Origin: Eledone cirrhosa | Taxonomy: Eukaryota | Direction: 5' to 3' | Length of the DNA stretch: 64,000 nt | NCBI GenBank assembly: GCA_964016885.1 | Contig: OZ024743.1 | Span: 250,728,001 to 250,792,000, forward strand | In this document: positions 12,685-26,053 of the stretch, piece by piece | Numbering within the stretch: the stretch's first letter is position 1 | How the letters are laid out: the number at the start of each line of letters is the position of its first letter | Notes under the pieces: generated by a model | Database searches by the model: none | What the model was told of the DNA's origin: nothing | The model's input: the letters and a program-made list of their open reading frames with translations, nothing else | Position numbers and translations under genes: made by a program

Positions 12685-13285
12685 TGTTTACTTGAGAGAA
12701 GACTACGTTGGTACGCATGAAAGACGACAGCTGTATAAAAAAGTGCAGGGCGATAAAAATAGACGGTAGCCACGGAGTAGGCAGAGCCAGAAAAACCTGG
12801 GACGACTTGATAAATTCCGACCTCACACACACCTCTCCAAGACAATGTCACTGGACCGAGATCTTTGGCGCTACACAGTAATACAGAAGACCCGCTTGCC
12901 TAAGTACAAAGTGAAACCTACAGTCAGTAGGCACCTCTAACAAAAATACACCCCATCCCACTACCCCCACCCCATCCACACCACCCCCTTAAATGGGAAG
13001 TTATGTTGGTACCACAACATCCAGTCCGAAACAAATGAGGTCGTGTAGGTGTCACGACAAAAAAACACACAGTCCACGCTGTAATGTGGCCGTGTAGGTA
13101 ACACGGTAAAAACCTCCCAGTCCACTCTGTAAACGTGGTTTGTGTTAGGAAGGGCATCCAGCCGTAGAAAACCCGCCAGACAGTCCTATACGAGCAAGAC
13201 AACCAATCTTGCCTCAAGTGGGAAAACTCCCGTCCAAACCCATGCAAGCGTGGAAGATGGACGTTAAACGATGATGATGATGATG
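12685..13285 (+). mobile_element. RTE LINE 3' fragment (second family) with (GAT)n tail
   Basis: Closely matches the reverse complement of 55365-55995 and ends ggacgttaaacgatgatgatg. Confidence 0.85.
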
Positions 13286-14653
13286 ATATATATATATGCA
13301 TATATATATACATATTCACACACACATGTGCACACACACAGAGACACATATATATATATTTATGTGTGTTTACATGTATGATTATGAAAATGAAAAAACA
13401 TTGTGTGTGTGAGAGAGAGAAAGAGTGTGGGGGGGGGGGGTAAAGAGAGCAGCCCGAAGAGAAAAAAAATGGAGGAGTGAGAGTCATTGGAGCAGAGATA
13501 GATAGATAGATACATAGGTAGCTAGCTTGATATCTATCTATCTATCTATTTTATCTCTCTCTCTCCAGTTCTCACTTTCTTGCATGGCTTTCATCTCCTT
13601 TCATTACATTTCCAAAAGGAAGTCACTACAATAGCTAACAAGGTGAAGTAAGGCACCTACCACACTTCTTTTCACTACTGTTTCTCTACACATTCAATAA
13701 ATGATGGCTCCTCTATGGTGTCTATTCAACTAATCTTAATGTTGATCTATTTGTCTTTCTATTTATCTACCTGTCTATCTGTCCAACTATCTGTGTCAAT
13801 CTATTCATCTATCTATATCTATATCTATCTGTCTGTCTTTCTATTTGTCTATCTATATGCCTCTCTCTCTCTGAGGTGAAGTAAAGCCTCTACAGCAAAG
13901 GTTCTTGGCCACCGCTCCCCTCACAGTCATGTAATACCTTCAGCATCCACCACCCATATTTCCAAACAGACCTGCCTACACACAAATTGTAAATAATATA
14001 TAAGAAATAAAATCGTTAATTTATATATAATAAATAATATAATATATACTATGTATAAATAAATATATATTTTTTATTTTACTATATTTATATATAATAT
14101 GTATCATTTGATATCTAATATACTATTATAGTATCTCTACTGCCCCCTTAATCTCCAGCACACCCGGCGACCTTTTCAATGCTCCTTGTGGTGGCGGGGA
14201 ATGCCCACTCTGACAACTGCTGCTCTACAGCAAACTACACCCTTTTCATTACCAATCCTCTACAGCTTCAATAAGTGCTGGGATTCTCTAACCTTCCTCA
14301 ACTTAAAAAAAGGGTTGGGGTTAGTTCAATTGTTCAGTTTTCTGCAACCAGTTTCTATGAATTGCTGTACTTCTGCATAGATATGCATCAATAATGCATC
14401 CACCATAGGCCACAACTTGCACCAATATAAATGGCCTTCTTTTCAAACCTTTTATCATTTTACCTTGCCCTCTCTTTCTTTCTCATTCTGAGAGAATGAG
14501 AAAATGGTATGTAAGACAAATTATGGAATAATAATTCCTAACTTAAGTACAAGGCCAATAATTTTGGAAAGAGGAACATCCTGCAAAGCATTTTCGTTGA
14601 TGCTCTAATGATTCTTCTAATCCATTACCACCACTGCCATAATAATAATAATA

Positions 14654-14847
14654 ATTGTTTCTAGTTTTGGCACAAGGCCAGCAATTATCCCAGTGTATTA
14701 CTGGCACTTTATTTTATCGACCCCTATAAGGATGAAAGACAAAGATAACCTCGGCGGGATTTGAACTCAGATCATAAAGGGCCGTAACTCTTTGCTGCAA
14801 AGCATGGCGTCCGACTCTCTATCGATACTGCCAATCCACCGTCCTTA
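14654..14847 (-). mobile_element. SINE, young copy; related copies at ~9014-9298, 15630-15845, 17100-17530, 32017-32195, 32926-33098, 43035-43222, 43257-43437, 43725-44090, 44400-44600
   Basis: Shared consensus ggtggattggcagtatcggtagagggtcggacgccatgc...ctgagttcaaatcccgccgaggttaactttgcctttcatcc...gctggccttgtgccaaaagtagaaacaattatt with a B-box-like GAGTTCAAATCC. Confidence 0.85.
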
Positions 14848-14859
14848 ATAATAATAATA

Positions 14860-15425
14860 ATGTTTCTTTATTAACCACACAGAGCTTACATTAAGAAGAC
14901 AATAAGGACAAGACAGTGTGGGTTTTTTTGTGTGAAGACTAAAAAATAAACATTTAAAAATAAAACATAAATTCACTAACAGTTGGGATACCTCCGAGGG
15001 TCACTCATGGAGAAATCTCACAAAAAGCCGTGGTAAACTTGACCACTAGGGCAAGTGCCCTCTCTCAGATATTCTCCTCCAATTTACATATGCATACTCA
15101 GAGTAAGCCTATTCACTCGAACCATGCTCACCTTTCTCACCCACCTTTTAACAAACTGGTTGGAAGGCAGCATTTCCTTCTCCACTCTGAATTTTCTCTT
15201 CAGGTGAAACCCCCCAAAATTAAGCAGGACTTTGCTGTAAAGGAAAGTGCTTGTCTTTAACCCTTTCAAGCACATCGACCATACAACCATGGCCACCAGG
15301 CAGACAATAACTGCCTGGCATTTCCCTCTAAAAAGAAGACAGCAGGGCGATCTTCACAATGGACTCAGTTGATAGTCAGATCCATTCCACATGTGATGGC
15401 AGGTGTTTGACACTCAACGAATTCA
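14860..15425 (-). mobile_element. L1/Tx1-type LINE 3' fragment (same family as 21352-24545)
   Basis: Reverse complement resembles 23950-24540 (LNFxxFHLKRKxRVEKE...RWVR). Confidence 0.75.
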
Positions 15426-15494
15426 TGCAGGAATAATAAATTTGATCATTGGATAAAGTAAATAAAAGTTGACTATGCTACAACATTTCTCCAG

Positions 15495-15529
15495 AGAGTT
15501 TGCCTTTTGGGAACAATGTGAATCATCAG
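15495..15529 (+). CDS. candidate 35-nt micro-exon (EFAFWEQCESS or SLPFGNNVNHQ)
   Basis: TTTCTCCAG acceptor and perfect CAG/GTAAGT donor. Confidence 0.35.
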
Positions 15530-16424
15530 GTAAGTTATGAATAGTTGATAGACACAAATTTAGTGATATCTAAGGCTATACTTTGTGGTCTGCTATCATA
15601 TAATATCCAGATTTTCAATACCTTATCTATAAGGATTTCTAATTTAGGTACAAGTCCGGGAATTTGGGATAAAGGAAAGCTGATTAAATTGATCTCAGTA
15701 CATGACTGGTACTTTATTTTATCATCCTTATAATGAATGAAAGGTAAAGTTGACCTTAGTAGGATTTGAACTCAGAAGATAAAGAGCCATAACAAATATC
15801 ACAAAGCATTTTTCCAACACTAACCAGTCTGTCAATCCACCACCTTCTAATTTATGGAATAATGGAAACTGTTTTCATGAATGTTGTTTGCATTTTGATA
15901 AACTATCATCATCATCAACATCATTTAAAATATATTTTTCATGTTGGCATGGGTTGGATGTGTTGTCACTGTATTTTTGTCTCATTTCTCATGCTTTAAA
16001 ATACCCCAAGACAGTGCTTAACTATCATGGTAGAAATTGTGATCCCAAATGGTCCAGCAGTTCTATCAAAAGGATTTGAAACTGAGTCCATTTTGACAAA
16101 TGAAAACAAGGGATTTGTTTATCCTATTTATGTTACCACCTTTGTATCACCAGTGTACCAATCTTGTACTTCTGTTTGTTCCTTACTGTATCTCTGGATA
16201 TCTTGCTATATAAGTTTATTTATTCATTTTCTCACAGCATAGCTACAATATTTCAGCAAATATATTTTTCACTAAATCTCTTCAAAGAGGTAATGAAGAT
16301 GCTTTGTTTTCTGAAAAACCACAGCTATATTGTAAGAAAATGAATAAATAAACTTATATTTATTTTATTGTAAATGATGTGCTATTCCTCTTTTGTAGAC
16401 TATTGAGATTCTAGATCTCAATGT

Positions 16425-16697
16425 GGAGGCACATGGCCTAGTGATAAAGGTGTTGAACTTACAATCATAATCTCGTGAGTTCAATTGGGTTGTGTGTTGT
16501 ATTCTTGAGCAAAACACTTCATTTCACATTGCTCCAGTATAGCTGAAAATGAGTACGAACAACAGCTAGGGGTCTAACCCTGCGATGGATTGGAGTCCTG
16601 TCCAGGGGGAATTCCTGTACTGTCAGATGCTTCATGCCACAAAACTGGGATAAGCACCAGCCTGACAATCCTCCAGGCTTGAGACAGACTTTAGACT
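16425..16697 (+). mobile_element. tRNA-head SINE (second family); also at 53495-53710
   Basis: GGAGGCACATGGCCTAGTG A-box-like head, GAGTTCAA B-box-like motif, and core cttgagcaa(g/a)acact..atttcac(a/g)ttgctc. Confidence 0.75.
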
Positions 16698-18919
16698 TAG
16701 ATCTCAATCCAATATATATACGTATATATATAATAAACAATTGTGTTTTTAAGGAGCATTAAGCAAATTATGAATTTTGTTGGAGGTGTGTTAAACTTAA
16801 CACACACAAATTTAATTGCTTCAACATTGATTTTAGACTATGAAAAATAGTCAAACAAATTAAGCATATAAGTCCTTAAAGATGGGAAAATGTCCCACAG
16901 ACAATGCTGCTCATTTTTATCCATCTCTTCACCTTTGGGGAATTTGTTATGTTTGGTTTTTAAATGTTTATTTTCTTGGTCTCTGTTATAAATTTTATTT
17001 TACACACAAAAATCCCACACTTATCATCCTGTACCATCTTTAATGTTTCCTTATGTGAGCAGTATGTGGCTAATAAAGAAATTATCATTATTGTTATTAG
17101 TGAGTTGGCAGTATTAGTAGTGCATTGGACAAAATGCTTTGTGACATAGAGTTGCGGCCCTATACATAATTGGTTCAAATCTCGCAAAGGTTAGCTTTGC
17201 CTTTTATCCTTACACGGTTGATAAAATAAAGCACCAGTAATGCAATGGGGTCGATTTAATCGACTTTCCCCTCCCTCTAAGTTGCTGGCCTTGTGCCTAT
17301 AGTAGAAATCATTATCATTATTATTATTATTTCTAGGTGGTGGATTGGCAGTATCGGTAGAGGGTCGGACGCTATGCTTTGCAGCAAAAAAGAGTTATAT
17401 CCCTTTATGGTCTGAGTCCAAATCCCGCCAAGGTTAACTTTGCATTTCATCCTTATGGGGTCGATAAAATAAAGTACCAGTAATACACTGGGATAATTGC
17501 TGGCCTTGTGCCAAAAGTAGAAACAATTATTATTATTATTTCTATTATTGTCTTTCTGTTTACTATGGCGACATTATTGACTCTCACAACAACAGATGTC
17601 AACAATTTCCATTTGTCTTAAAAATAACCCCTCAAAATCTAATTCCATTTCAATCTTAATATCCAAGAACGGTTCTCTTGAATTAATATTTTGCAAAAGG
17701 CTAGTTTTTCAAGATGCTTCTCACTCACTCTGTTTCCCTGTCTCATTCTTTCTCTCTCTAACATTTTATCAGTAGTAAAAACAATCGTATTAGACAAATC
17801 TCTATGAAGATAATTTACTTGTAATCTAAAGTGACATCTTTTTGCTTCCATTAACACATTTTATCTTCCCAACACTCTGGTTTTGAATTATGAAAAACCA
17901 TAAAGGAAAATTATCAAGTTACTTATGGTAGGTTGGGAGAAATCTAAAGGATTACTTATAAATATTCTTTTATTCTAGTTTCAGTTATTATAATGTGGCC
18001 ATACTGAAGCACCATTTAAAATGATTTTAGTTGATCATATCTACCCAAGAACTTTTTGTTTTCAGGTCTTCTGGTATTTATTTTAAATAATAATAATGAA
18101 ATTATTGTGTAAAGTGCTCAGGTGCACTACAACTCATCAAAGGTGTATGTATAGTACATAGAATAATACACAAATGCCAGGGAAGTACATGTGTGTATGT
18201 GTTAGCTGTAGTGTTGGCGGATCTCGGGAAGCATGGAGGCCTTAAAGGATGCAGTGTCTCTTTATTTTATCAATCTCTTATTTGTTGAACTGTTAACAAT
18301 AATGGGACATAATCGTATCTGTGTGTGAGTGTGCATGTTTATTACAGGCTTCCATGCAATTTCTGTCTACCAAATTTCATTTAAAAGGCATTGTTCATTG
18401 CAAGGCTACAATAGAAGACACTTGCTCATTGTGCTAACCACTAGGACTGAAGCAAAGCGCACATGGTTGCAAAGTGAGCTCTTTAACCACACAACCATAC
18501 CCGAACCAAATAGGAGAAGTATTTAAAAGGATAGTACAGCATTAGACAAAATGCCGTAAGCCCTATTTTGTCCATTATTTCTTTGAAGGCATAAAGAAAA
18601 CCTCTATGTTTATAGAGATGTGAAAATAAGTAAATATTAGAGAAAGGAATGCATTTTGCTTGGTTACATATCTCTGCCATGCAGATTTCTTTACTATGAA
18701 GTCATACATGCTCAGTTCCTTTCTGCAGCTACCAATGTTAATGAAAACATTGCTGATGGTTTCATCTCTGTCACACATAAAAACACTTTTAATCATTAAA
18801 ATTGGTTTGTTGTCTTTCTTTAGCAATGTGTGTGTGTATGTGTGTGTCTGTCGGTCTGCCTGCCTACTCATATTGGTGTTGCTGCTTTGCTAATGTTAAT
18901 TTTTCAAATTGTTCAAACT

Positions 18920-19090
18920 GACATTTTTGGAACAACTTGGACCCCGTACAGTCAAGCTGCTCTGTAAAATCGGAACATTGGTGACCCATCCACGGAAGGA
19001 GCCCCATGGGTGTTGCTGGCCATTGTCCACAGGAATGCTTTTGCAGTCTTTTCTGTGGGGCACAGCCCCTTTACCACTGCTCCCTAGGCC
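18920..19090 (+). mobile_element. decayed CRE-type retrotransposon 3' fragment
   Basis: LGPRTVKLLCKIG and LAIVHRNAFAVFSVG (different frames) resemble LGPRATSLLTTIG and LAVLRGNAFSILSAG of the 20488 ORF. Confidence 0.5.
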
Positions 19091-19334
19091 CAGAGCCCCA
19101 CCATTCTTCTATGACACTAGAGTCCTTGCCAAAATCCTTCCTTTTCTGTTTTTTCTTTTTCTCTTTATATTTTCCAATTTTACATTCCCTTCTTTTGAAT
19201 CTAAATTTTTTTTTTCTTTTTCTATTAAATTTTATTTTTATTTTTCTATTAAACTATATTCACATGCAACAGCAAAAAAAAAATCTATACATATATTTTT
19301 CGTATACAAAATAAAAGTTTTGAAGGAAACTCAG

Positions 19335-19570
19335 GAAGTTGATGTCTCCTGAAGAATTCCAAGTCCACTCATTTTGAAAAGTCATAAGCAGAGAGTAGTT
19401 CCAAAAGAGGGATGTTCTGGGCAGCAAGAACTGGATGTAGTCATTAATGAAAAGCTTAGAGAGAGGTTGGACACAGAAAAGGGTGATAAGAGGAGGTGAG
19501 ACAAGTGAGGTACAAGTGTCAAAGTGCAGATGGTGTGAGACCAGCAGACTCCAAGGAGGAGAGACCATTT
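19335..19570 (-). mobile_element. decayed CR1/L2/Jockey-group LINE 3' fragment
   Basis: Translation includes PRTSLFWN, typical of the extreme C-terminus of such RT ORFs. Confidence 0.4.
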
Positions 19571-19876
19571 TAGTAATGAAAGAAATGGTAGATATTAATA
19601 TTTTTCACCACATCCAATTACTCGTACCACCACCACCACAAATCCCCACCATATCACGTGCTCCACCAACACCCCTTCCACCATCAATCAATCAATTTAA
19701 CCTTTCAATGATGTATATTTTCCTCTATTCTTTTAAGTTTATTGATTTGTGGATTACATATGGCACACAACTTTATCCTTTTGACTTAATTAACAATCTT
19801 TACTAGCAAAAAGTCTTTATATATGTTTACATACATCTGTGTATGTATATATATATTCCTTCGTTATATATATATG

Positions 19877-19914
<38 letters not shown>

Positions 19915-19931
19915 CATATATATTCCTTCGT

Positions 19932-19966
<35 letters not shown>

Positions 19967-19969
19967 CTG

Positions 19970-20000
<31 letters not shown>

Positions 20001-20099
20001 GTATATATATATATATCTGTATATATATATCTATATATATATGTATATATATATGTATATATATATATATATATATATGTACAAAAATATACACACACG

Positions 20100-21090
20100 C
20101 GTCCTTGTCAGCAGGGTTCTTCAAAACACAACAGAACCCTCTGTGTCCAGAGAACGTGAGGCCGCCTGTGAGACGTGGGACCGGCTGGGACTTAGCCCAG
20201 TAGACGTCCCTCCTCCTTCTCCCCCTGTTGATGTCAAGTCCCCCCAACGTACTTGGGATGCCATCCACTGCAGCGCCTGGCCTCAGACAGACTCACGCGC
20301 CAGCTCGACCAGCACCGCCTTGCTTGTTTTCGTGTGGCCTCCAAACCCCACAGTGGTGCCTGGCTCCATGCCCTGCTCTCCTTCTCCACTGGCACGCAGC
20401 TAGACACACCATAGCCTACGAATCGGTGTTTCCCTGAGGCTCGGCCTCTGGATCTGCCAGCCACACCAATGTCACTACGGTTCCACCGTGGATTCTTTGG
20501 GCCTCCACCCGCTTTCCTGTCGCCGCAGTGCCGGCCGCATTCCACGCTATGCTGCCCTCAATGAGGTCATTAAGCATGGCTTGGAAGCTGCAGGCTTCCC
20601 TTCCCAGCTCGAGCCGGTGGGGCTGGATCGAGGGGACGGAAAAAGGTCAGATGGCATGACCATCTTCCTGTTCCACGGTGGCAAACCCCTCGTCTGGGAT
20701 GCCACTTGCACTGACACTTTCTGCAGCCACAACCTGGTGCAGTCTGCGACTGACCCAGGTTCTGCTGCACGTCGGACTGAGGGGGCCAAACTCCTCAAAT
20801 ACCGGTCGTTCTCCGACAGGTTTGCAGTCATTCCCCTGGCAGGAAGGACTTCTGGTGTCCTCGGCCCCAGGGCTACCTCCTTACTTACCACCATAGGCGC
20901 TGAGCTTGCCAGCCGCAGGTGTGAGCCTCGCGAGTTGGAGTGGCTTTTCCAGCACATCTTCCTTGCCGTCCTCCGGGGAAACGCCTTCTCCATTCTGTCT
21001 GCCGGGGCTGCGGGTGGGCCCCATCGTGTACCAATACATTAGTTAAATACCATTCTTTCATCTGATATATCTCTAAATTATATTTTGTAC
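20100..21090 (+). mobile_element. CRE-clade non-LTR retrotransposon, 5'-truncated; zinc knuckle plus restriction-like endonuclease
   Basis: GC-rich island with SGAWLHA, VDSLGLHPLSC, LNEVI..EPVGL..DGKRSDG..WDATCTDT..K..KY..RGNA (degenerate RPDG-type RLE). Frameshifted; abuts (TA)n/(CA)n. Confidence 0.85.
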
Positions 21091-21351
21091 CATACACATA
21101 TTGTCCACCATTTGCTAACAGTGAACTTTCCCTCCATCTCTAACATTAATTTATAATGATGATGATAATATCTATCATCATCATCATTTAATGACAATTT
21201 TTGCTGTTTATGTGGGTTATGTGATCAATAGAAATAATAATAATAATGATATAGTAATAATGGTTTACTTTCTATGTCACTACTGATGCCACAGGATATA
21301 GGAGAGCAGATATAACAATAATAATGATAATAATGTTTCTACTTTTAGCAC

Positions 21352-24300
21352 CATCCAGGAAGCAAAATCTCACTCCTTGACAACCCTCCGGAGTGAGGAA
21401 ATAATATTATTCCCTTTTTAATGTGGGAACAAAATTGCAATGGTCAGGGTGACTCAGGTCCTGCACTACCTACCCATGCCTTGGTTGGTCATATATGTCC
21501 TTGTGAGCACCGAGGACAAAACAACCATTTTGCAGGTACAAAAGATGGGGAGAGAGGACTGTTCTGGTATTGGAATGGAGATGCTCATCAAAACCGACCA
21601 GGATGGCATTGGCACTATCCCCAACATAATAGACCCCGGGAATGGCATCCAACTTCCCATATCTGTGAAAGGAAGGTGTGCAAAGTGCTATGACTGTGGA
21701 TCGAAGACTCACCTCAGAGCCTTCAGCCCACAGAAGATAACAAAAGTGAAGGTCCCGCTCCTTCCAACGCCGGAACCACTGCCATCAAGAACAGGGCAGG
21801 CAGCTAGGACGTTGGGATCTTCTACAGAGAGTAGGAGAACAACGTTCATGGCACCCACCCCAAGGCCACAAACAACAAAAATAGCGGTGGCAGTGGCAGC
21901 AACAGAAACAGTCACACTAGCTGCACCTATGCCAAGAATGGCAGACCAGGCTCTAACACCACCACCACCAACATCATCAACAAACGAGAGAGTAGAACTC
22001 GTACCCCCTCCCTGACCTCTCACAGTCAGACATGGAGTATGGGGTGAAAGAGGAGTGGAAAATTGCTCGAAACAAAAACAAACGCAAAAGCAGCGCAGCT
22101 TTGCCCTCCAAAAGCAAGGAAAGCCCCAAAAAGTAAAAGATACAAGGTGACTTGCAGCAACACCCTCACAAACACCACTAACACCCCCATCACCACCACA
22201 AAGCACACACATCCAGTAACAGCAATAAAACAAAACCTGTCCTGAATAAAAAATACACTGCCATAAACACAAACAATGAGGATTTGAGGAAACACATACA
22301 ATTATACACAAGCATTACAGACAGCAACTACTACACATCACCAACACCTTCAAGTATACCCTGAACCTGCCAAGTAATTGAACTACATCTAGAACAATTC
22401 AAAGATCTAAAAAGTAAATCCCCCAACGCAGTTGATGATTTCAGAGAGTCACTGACAAAAAGAATATGCACAGATATTCTCAAGGAGGTGCCCACGACCA
22501 GCTGAAGGGATTATTCAACTGCCCCTTTTCTATGCAAACATGGCCTTACTCAGAATAAGCAGTGTGAATGCATGTGGCCTGGGGTCGTCATGAAAGTAGA
22601 GTCACCTGCTCAACGACCTCAGGTCAATGAACATAGATGTGGTGGCCATGAGTGTGACCAGAATTTCCAAGGCACAGAGCTTCACACACATTCTTGGTGG
22701 TTATGGGGTGTACGCATCTCTAAGCTGTTTGGGATCTGGAGATAGAGTCGCCATGTTATTTCGGAAAGGCCTGAATCTTATCATATGGACCATCTTTCTG
22801 GACCCAGAAGGTAAGTCGGTGGTGTTGGACATGACCAGCAGCAAAGGTTATGCTCTCAGGCTAGTGGCTGTTTATGCCCCGACAGGGGCAGGATGGCTAG
22901 ATTTTTTCAGATGTCTAGAGACCTTCCTGGGAACGTCCCACTCTTTAGTGTTAGTGGGAGACTGCAATGGTATCTTAGATGCATGCTAGGACTATGTGGG
23001 GTTAGTAGATAAAGGAGGGTGGTGTAAATGCCTCACCAACCTACTAAAACATTTCCTACTGTCTGACAGATACTGACTGGATTACCCGAATGTGCCAATG
23101 TTGACATGGACAAACCGCATTGGGTCATCCAGATCATATCTAGATAGAGTATTCTGTAGAGAAGTAGATAAGACTAGCATAAGTTGTCCACGATTTAAAA
23201 TAGTTGACTACATGGACCACAAATTTGTGATCTTTGAAATCGACTTAGATAGACTCCATTGGCAAGGACCTGGTTACTGGAAGCTCAATGTCACATTCTA
23301 ATTGCCCTGAAAAGGGTGATTAAAATAAAGTCCATTAGGTTTAGTAAGGCGTCAACAATAGAGAAAAACAGAGCAGATAGTGAACTAGTTAGAAAACTAG
23401 ATGAGGTGCTTAGTAAAAGCGTGACCGATGTGCTTGTGGAAAGATCAGCCCTCGATCAATTCTTCAACGCAAGGCACGGAGGCTGCTTTGTCAGAGGTAG
23501 GGTGAGTGGTTTGGTCTGGACCTCAATAGTGGACAGGTGCTAGACTCATTTTTCCCCAGCTCGTCTCCTTGACAGAGCTGCAGTCCTGGGTCAAGCAAAG
23601 ACTGAGAGGAAGTGCTTGGAGGCTGGAATATCTTCAGGCGCTCACAGGTTTTGACCAGTTGGGCGATGTAATCGGTGGAAACTCCACCTTGGCCTTCTAT
23701 AGAGGTTTAGTGGAGGGAAAGAGTGACAACATACTTAGGGAGACTCTGGGCATCGACAAAATTCAACTTTTCGGGCAGGGACAACTTCCAGAAATCCCAG
23801 GCCTGGCAGTGCTACCGGGGAGCTTTACCAGTTCGGAATAAACTCTACAGATATGGAAGTGCTGTCAACCGGACATGTATGAGATGCACGTAGGGCAATG
23901 AAACCATCCTGCATGCTCTCGTCCAGTGTCCAAGCATTGCTGACTTGTGGGTTTGTGTCGAACACCTGTTGTCACATGTAGGACGAATCCAGATATCAGA
24001 TGAGCCCAGCGTGAGGATTGCCCCGCCATCTTTCTTTAGCCGGGAAGGGCAGGCAGTTTTTATCTGCTTGGTGGCCATGGCGAAAGAGGTCTGTGGTGGA
24101 CGCATCTGAAAAGGCTGAAGACAAGCACTTACCTCTTCAGTAATACACTGATTAACTTTTTCAAATTTCATTTGAAAAGGAAAATCAGGGTGGAGAGGGA
24201 AGTGCTCCCTTCCTAGAAATTTGTTGTAAGGTGGGTGAGAGAGGCGAGCATGGCCCGAATGAATGGGCCTGCTCTGAGTATGTGCCTGTAGATTGGAGGT

Positions 24301-24545
24301 GGAAAACTGGGAGAGAGCACTTGCCCTACTGGTCAGGGTTACCAAGGCATTTTGTGGGCTTTTTCCATGAGTAATCCTCGGAGGTCTCTCCTTATTGGGA
24401 AATTTATTTTGTTTCATTCTTTTGTTACTTCCTTTATTTTTTTTTTCTTTAAATGCAGAAATGCCCTTTTGTACTGTTCTGTATCGCCCTGTGCTGTTCT
24501 TAATGTTATACTTTATGTCAACCCTTGTGGTTAATAAAGAAAGCA
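21352..24545 (+). mobile_element. decayed L1/Tx1-clade LINE: ORF1 with zinc knuckle, APE endonuclease, RT largely deleted, C-terminal Cys/His motif
   Basis: CYDCGSKTH (21440 ORF); RLVAVYAP, LVGDCNGILD, TWTN..SYLDRVF, DHKFV, GPGYWKLN (22627 and 23092 ORFs); CMRC..ETILHALVQCP near 23875-23930; AATAAA plus (ATT)n tail. Confidence 0.85.
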
Positions 24546-26010
24546 TTATTATTATCATTATTCAATATTCAAACATCAAAGACCTACGTTGTATACATAT
24601 TTCAATATTTCAATATTTCTGATATATGTAATTAACTCAAATGACATGAAATTCAAATTAGTTGTCTTTTATTTTTATCTTTTATCTTGTTTTCTATGGC
24701 TACTTTTGTTGTGATTTGAAATTAGCAAACCTTAATTTTGATGACGTTATTTTTTAATCTTGTGATTTGTTACTGATGGTGAAGATGGTGGTGGTGGTGA
24801 TAAATATGATGATGGTGATTATGGCGGTGAGTAATGATGATGATATTGGAGGGTAATGCTGATGGTGAGGATGATGAATCATTATATATAGGACATATAG
24901 CTACTATATTGAGCACTTTGAGGCAGTATCATTCAGATCTTTCTAAGATACAGCATTGGATGTAGTACAAGATGTAACTAGAATATACATCCTCTACTTC
25001 CCTCAAAAGTGGAGCCCTTTGACCTTTTAGTTACCATGTTTCTGGTGAAATCTTCTTCTTCAGTAGGCAACTGCCAGATAAATAAGCAACCCTAGATCAA
25101 CAGCAGTAAACTATTAGGGGAGATGGAGCATTGGGTGACACCTGTAGCTCCCAAGAAAACTCATAACCCAGTGATGTAGCTACGATGAGATGAGTAAAGG
25201 CCGCCTCTAAAAAAGCCTAGTCTTGGTGGGTTCAACAAGGTACCAGATTGGTGACTGGCATGAATAAGACCACTGAAGCTAAAACTCCAATATGATGAGG
25301 AAAACAAAAAGAACTATACTGTACTATATCACGCGGTTAACAAGGGACACATTCAGACCTTAGGTAGAGGGGTCTGTTTGAAAAATATATTGCAGTCTCC
25401 ATTTCATGAAATACTCTTTATTTCAAGTAATTTGTGAAGAATTTGAGAGGGCTTCACAAGGATAATATCTTTATATGGCTTTCAAATAAAATTATGTTGG
25501 AAGACTTTAATTTAAATAGAAACCCTTTAAAATAGGTGATTTTGTTTCATAGAATCAGATGCAATATTAGTTGTGTCTGTATCAAAAGGATTATAATGTT
25601 AGTTATTTACAGTTGTTTTTATGGGAGAATTTCTGAGTAAATGGCATTAGGAAAGGTACGCGACTGTAGAAACCATACCAAAATGGAATGTATGAGCAAA
25701 ATATGGTCACACATCAGAACTAGTTATATGACAGCCCATTCAACCAATGCCAGCATGGAAAACTGAGATATAATAATTTAAGAAGAGGTGGATGATGAGG
25801 CATATGATGTGGATGACTTGATGATTAATCCAATAGTTGATCAATGTTCTCTCTTCCTTTGTGTTATATCAAGTTATATCAACACATATACAGAATAAAT
25901 ATAACTAAGACTGCATAAATGTGTATATGAATTTACACATTTTTAGCATATAGACACATAAACATGCTAAATATATGTAGTTTCTTGTGCGTTGAAAATA
26001 ATGATAAACA

Positions 26011-26053
26011 CCTTTAAATAGTTTACAAGCCTAGTTGGGCTTTCATCAGATGG
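26011..26053 (-). ncRNA. decayed hammerhead ribozyme relic
   Basis: Minus strand reads CCAT-CTGATGA-AAGCC(CAACTA)GGCTT-GTAAAC-TATTTA-AAGG: perfect stem II, with GAAA and stem I mutated. Confidence 0.35.
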
